Shown: piece by piece, positions 61,173 to 64,000 of the stretch
Numbering within the stretch: position 1 is the stretch's first letter
How the letters are laid out: each line of letters opens with the position of its first letter
Assembly: GCF_009914755.1 (NCBI RefSeq)
Contig: NC_060926.1
Strand: one strand, 5' to 3'
Origin: the human T2T-CHM13v2.0 reference genome, Homo sapiens
DNA length: 64,000 bases
Program-made: the position numbers and the translations under genes
The notes under the pieces: generated by a model
Seen by the model: the letters and a program-made list of their open reading frames with translations, nothing else
Databases searched by the model: none
Told to the model about the DNA's origin: nothing

Positions 61173-61619
61173 CTCCCTCCGTCCCCCAGCTTTCCCCCAT
61201 CAGTATTTCTGAACACTTGATCCACACCCAATCTGCCTCAAAATCACTTGTGGTGGAAAATGCTTGTTAAACAGGTAGATTGTTGTGCCCCATACCAAGA
61301 CATAATGGATTTCTTATGGTCTCTAAATGTGAGAATCACTTTTTTGTATTGGTTTGAATGTTCTGATTTAAGAGTATGGGATGAGGGAATTTTAGGTTCA
61401 TTGTGTTCACATCAGTAGGACTTAAACCTATGGAAGACTTTGCAGCAGAATAGGAAGGTTATTCTCCCAGCCTACCCAACAGTTGAAAAACGATCAGAAG
61501 GACTTGGAAGGGAGCAATGGAGGATTGATGACAATGGCAAAGACTGAGCAGTCCCCAGGCGTGACAACAAAAAGGAAAGCAATCAGCTGTGGAGAGAGAA
61601 ATGGTGTTGATGATATTAT

Positions 61620-61830
61620 GAAAGTCGGGATATAAACAAGAATGAGAAAGGGAGGAATGGGGAAACTGAATGAGACAGAAGCACAGAAAAAAGAAGAAAG
61701 GAAAAAAGAAGGAAAAAAGGAGGAAAAGTGGGAGAAGAGACAGATGGAGAGTGAGAGAAGGGAGGCAGGTAGGTAGGCAGAAGAATGAGGAAGAAAGCAA
61801 AGGAGTTGAGACTGGGAATGGACAGAAGGA
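61620..61830. repeat. GA-rich low-complexity tract
   Basis: aagaagaaaggaaaaaagaaggaaaaaaggagg...; source of ORF 61670-61981. Confidence 0.75.
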
Positions 61831-62114
61831 AACCTGTACATGCTGTGATCTGGGCTTTCTATGTTCCCTGATCCAGGGTCCTGAGATCTTGGGGTACTCG
61901 CCACTGCATTGTAAGTTTCTGTGGATGAAGCTGGCATATAAATACATCTGTAAAGCTGTAACTCCTGGGCATTGTCCCTGAAATTTTACTGATGTCTAGA
62001 TTCTAGGTATGGGATTAAATGGGTCCACATTTTGTGTTTTTCTGAGTCACCAATTACAACAAAACTTGCTCATATACTTATGCCTATCTTAAAAAATAAT
62101 TTATTTTAATAAAA

Positions 62115-62550
62115 TAATAATAAGGCAAGAAAAAAAGACACCCAGATTTGAAAAAGCAAAAAATGTCTTTATTTGCAGACAAAATCATGTATGTAGAAAA
62201 TCCTAAGGAATCTACAAATTAGCTACTAGAACTAATAAGAAAATTTAATGATGTCTCAGGATACAGGGTCAATATTTAAAAATTATTGTATTTCAACTTA
62301 TAAGTGATGAATGTTTGGATAATGGGGTTTAAATAATCCATTTACAACAACATCCAAAATATAAAATAACTAGCAACAGACTTTATAAAAACATACAATG
62401 AAAATTGAAGCACGTTGCTGGGAAAAAGAAAAAAGAAAACAAAATTCATAAAAAGACATTATATTCACTGAACAGAACACTTAGTATTTTTAAGACGTCA
62501 GTTCTTATCAAATTTATGTGTAGACTCAATTCAATCCCAATCAACATTCC
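62115..62550 (+). mobile_element. Ancient L1M ORF2 (RT region) fragment
   Basis: aataaggcaagaaaaa...tttatttgcagac...tatgtagaaaatcctaaggaatctac...caggatacagggtcaata...aatcccaatcaacattcc. Confidence 0.82.
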
Positions 62551-64000
62551 AACATCAACATTTGGCTAGAGAGCAAAGTTGGGGTCAGATTGTGTAGGGC
62601 TGTGTTAAAGAGTTGAGCATTACATGAGATAATGGATGTGAAGAAAGTGCTTAATAGGGGGTCGTGCAGAGGAAGTGCTCAAGAAATAGTATCATTGTCA
62701 TTATTACCATTACTGTATTGTTGTTATTATTTAACAAATGTTTTCAAGCCCACTTTGGCTTGTGTATGGGTTGAGGAAAACGCTACCCAGGCAGAAAGAT
62801 AAAACTTATTCTCCATGCCTCTTGAGAAAAGAAGCAGCAATCCCCAGATGTAGGGAGGAGGGGAGCCCTGCTGGCTTTTAGTCAGCCTCACACAGGAAAG
62901 GAGAGGTAGAGATTCTGCAGCGAACAAGAATCATGTCCGGGACTTCACAGACAGGGACACTCAAAGGTTGGATGATGCTCAATTGCAGCATCCACCTGCA
63001 GGGGCCTCACCCCACTTCTCACTTAATGATTGTCTCTGCTGTTAGGGAGCCCTTGAAAGCCAGGTGTTTTGTCTCCTTCCCAAAGCCTCAGAAGATAGAC
63101 GGGGGCCATGAGGGAGGTGGGGGCAGGGAAGGGGGAGTTCCTGTCTGTTCTTTTCTGCCCTTCCCTGTGCTCTCCACCTCTATCCCCTCTTCCTTCCCAA
63201 ACAGGTGGCAGGAATGTTAAGACTATGAATTCCATCAAGAGCAAGCAGGGTTCCTTAGGGCACCAGTTGGTAAGTGTAAGAGGCCTCATCCGCTTGCACC
63301 AGCAGCAGAAAGAAGCTGCAGGAAGAGTCTCTTTTGGGCATGAGAAGCTAAAGGAGGCTGGTGGTTTTCTGGTTAACTGCACAAGGCCTGCAAGTTCTAC
63401 AGATGTCCTTTGAGGACCAGAGCAGCCTCCTTTCCTCCCACACTCTCCAGACATGGGAGGCAGTAGGAGTTCAAAGCACTTCTCAGAAATTGAGCCTTTG
63501 GTTCTGCTGTCAGCAAAAGGCTGTGAAGCTCAGTCCCCGACACTGGGTAGGAGAAGGGTGAATGAAGACTAGGGGGTCTGGTGAAGGAAGTGGGGAAACA
63601 AACTCTTCATTTTTAAAGAGAGTGACCTGGCAAAACACAGAGAAGATACTTTGGGTTTGGAGGAACGTGCAAGAGGTCGAGAGTCACTGCCGAGGGGTTT
63701 TGATGCGGCACTGTGCTCCGGCAATGGGAAGGGCTGTGGTCAGGAAACAAAGCAGCAGGTGTGGCCCATGTGGAATTGTCAGGCAGGATTTACCTGTGGT
63801 GGCCCGTGCCGCACAGCCTGGCCCACCTTCTGTCCACCTCTGCTTTCCTTCTTAGGACCTCCTAGAAAGAAAGCTGGACCTTCCGAAAAGTAGCTTGGGA
63901 GGCAAATAACATTTATCGAATGCATCAATGTCTTAGGCCCCAAGCAAGGGTTTAACATGAGAATCTCTTTGAGTTCCCCTAGCATCCTATGAGGTAGACA

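Noticed and set aside
61459-61981. Long hydrophobic and Lys/Arg-rich ORFs
   Set aside because: Translations of a GA-rich low-complexity tract.

Overview
Primate (most likely human) genomic DNA, CpG-depleted and repeat-rich. I recognise no cellular protein-coding exon. Every long ORF I can identify comes from L1, Tigger1, Alu or simple repeats. Main repeats: a full-length but inactivated L1PA (24.9-31.6 kb, minus) whose 5'UTR keeps an open antisense ORF0-like frame, three truncated L1PA copies (all minus), a near-full-length Tigger1 interrupted by a THE1 LTR, about 11 Alus, MaLR/ERVL solo LTRs, hAT/mariner MITEs and MIR/L2/CR1 relics. Most notable observations: (i) a tailless retrocopy of an apparently unspliced pre-tRNA-Arg(TCT) with leader, partial intron and TSD at 49.8 kb; (ii) a local inverted duplication at 60.2-61.2 kb whose arms look homogenised; (iii) a chain of plus-strand exon-like units downstream of the L1 antisense promoter, plus an AG|GTAAG recursive-splice-like site; (iv) a small template-switch rearrangement at 55.8 kb; (v) a collapsed MADE1 palindrome. 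I see no convincing new biological system. Repeat subfamily calls are from recalled consensus sequences, and the locus cannot be named from sequence alone.
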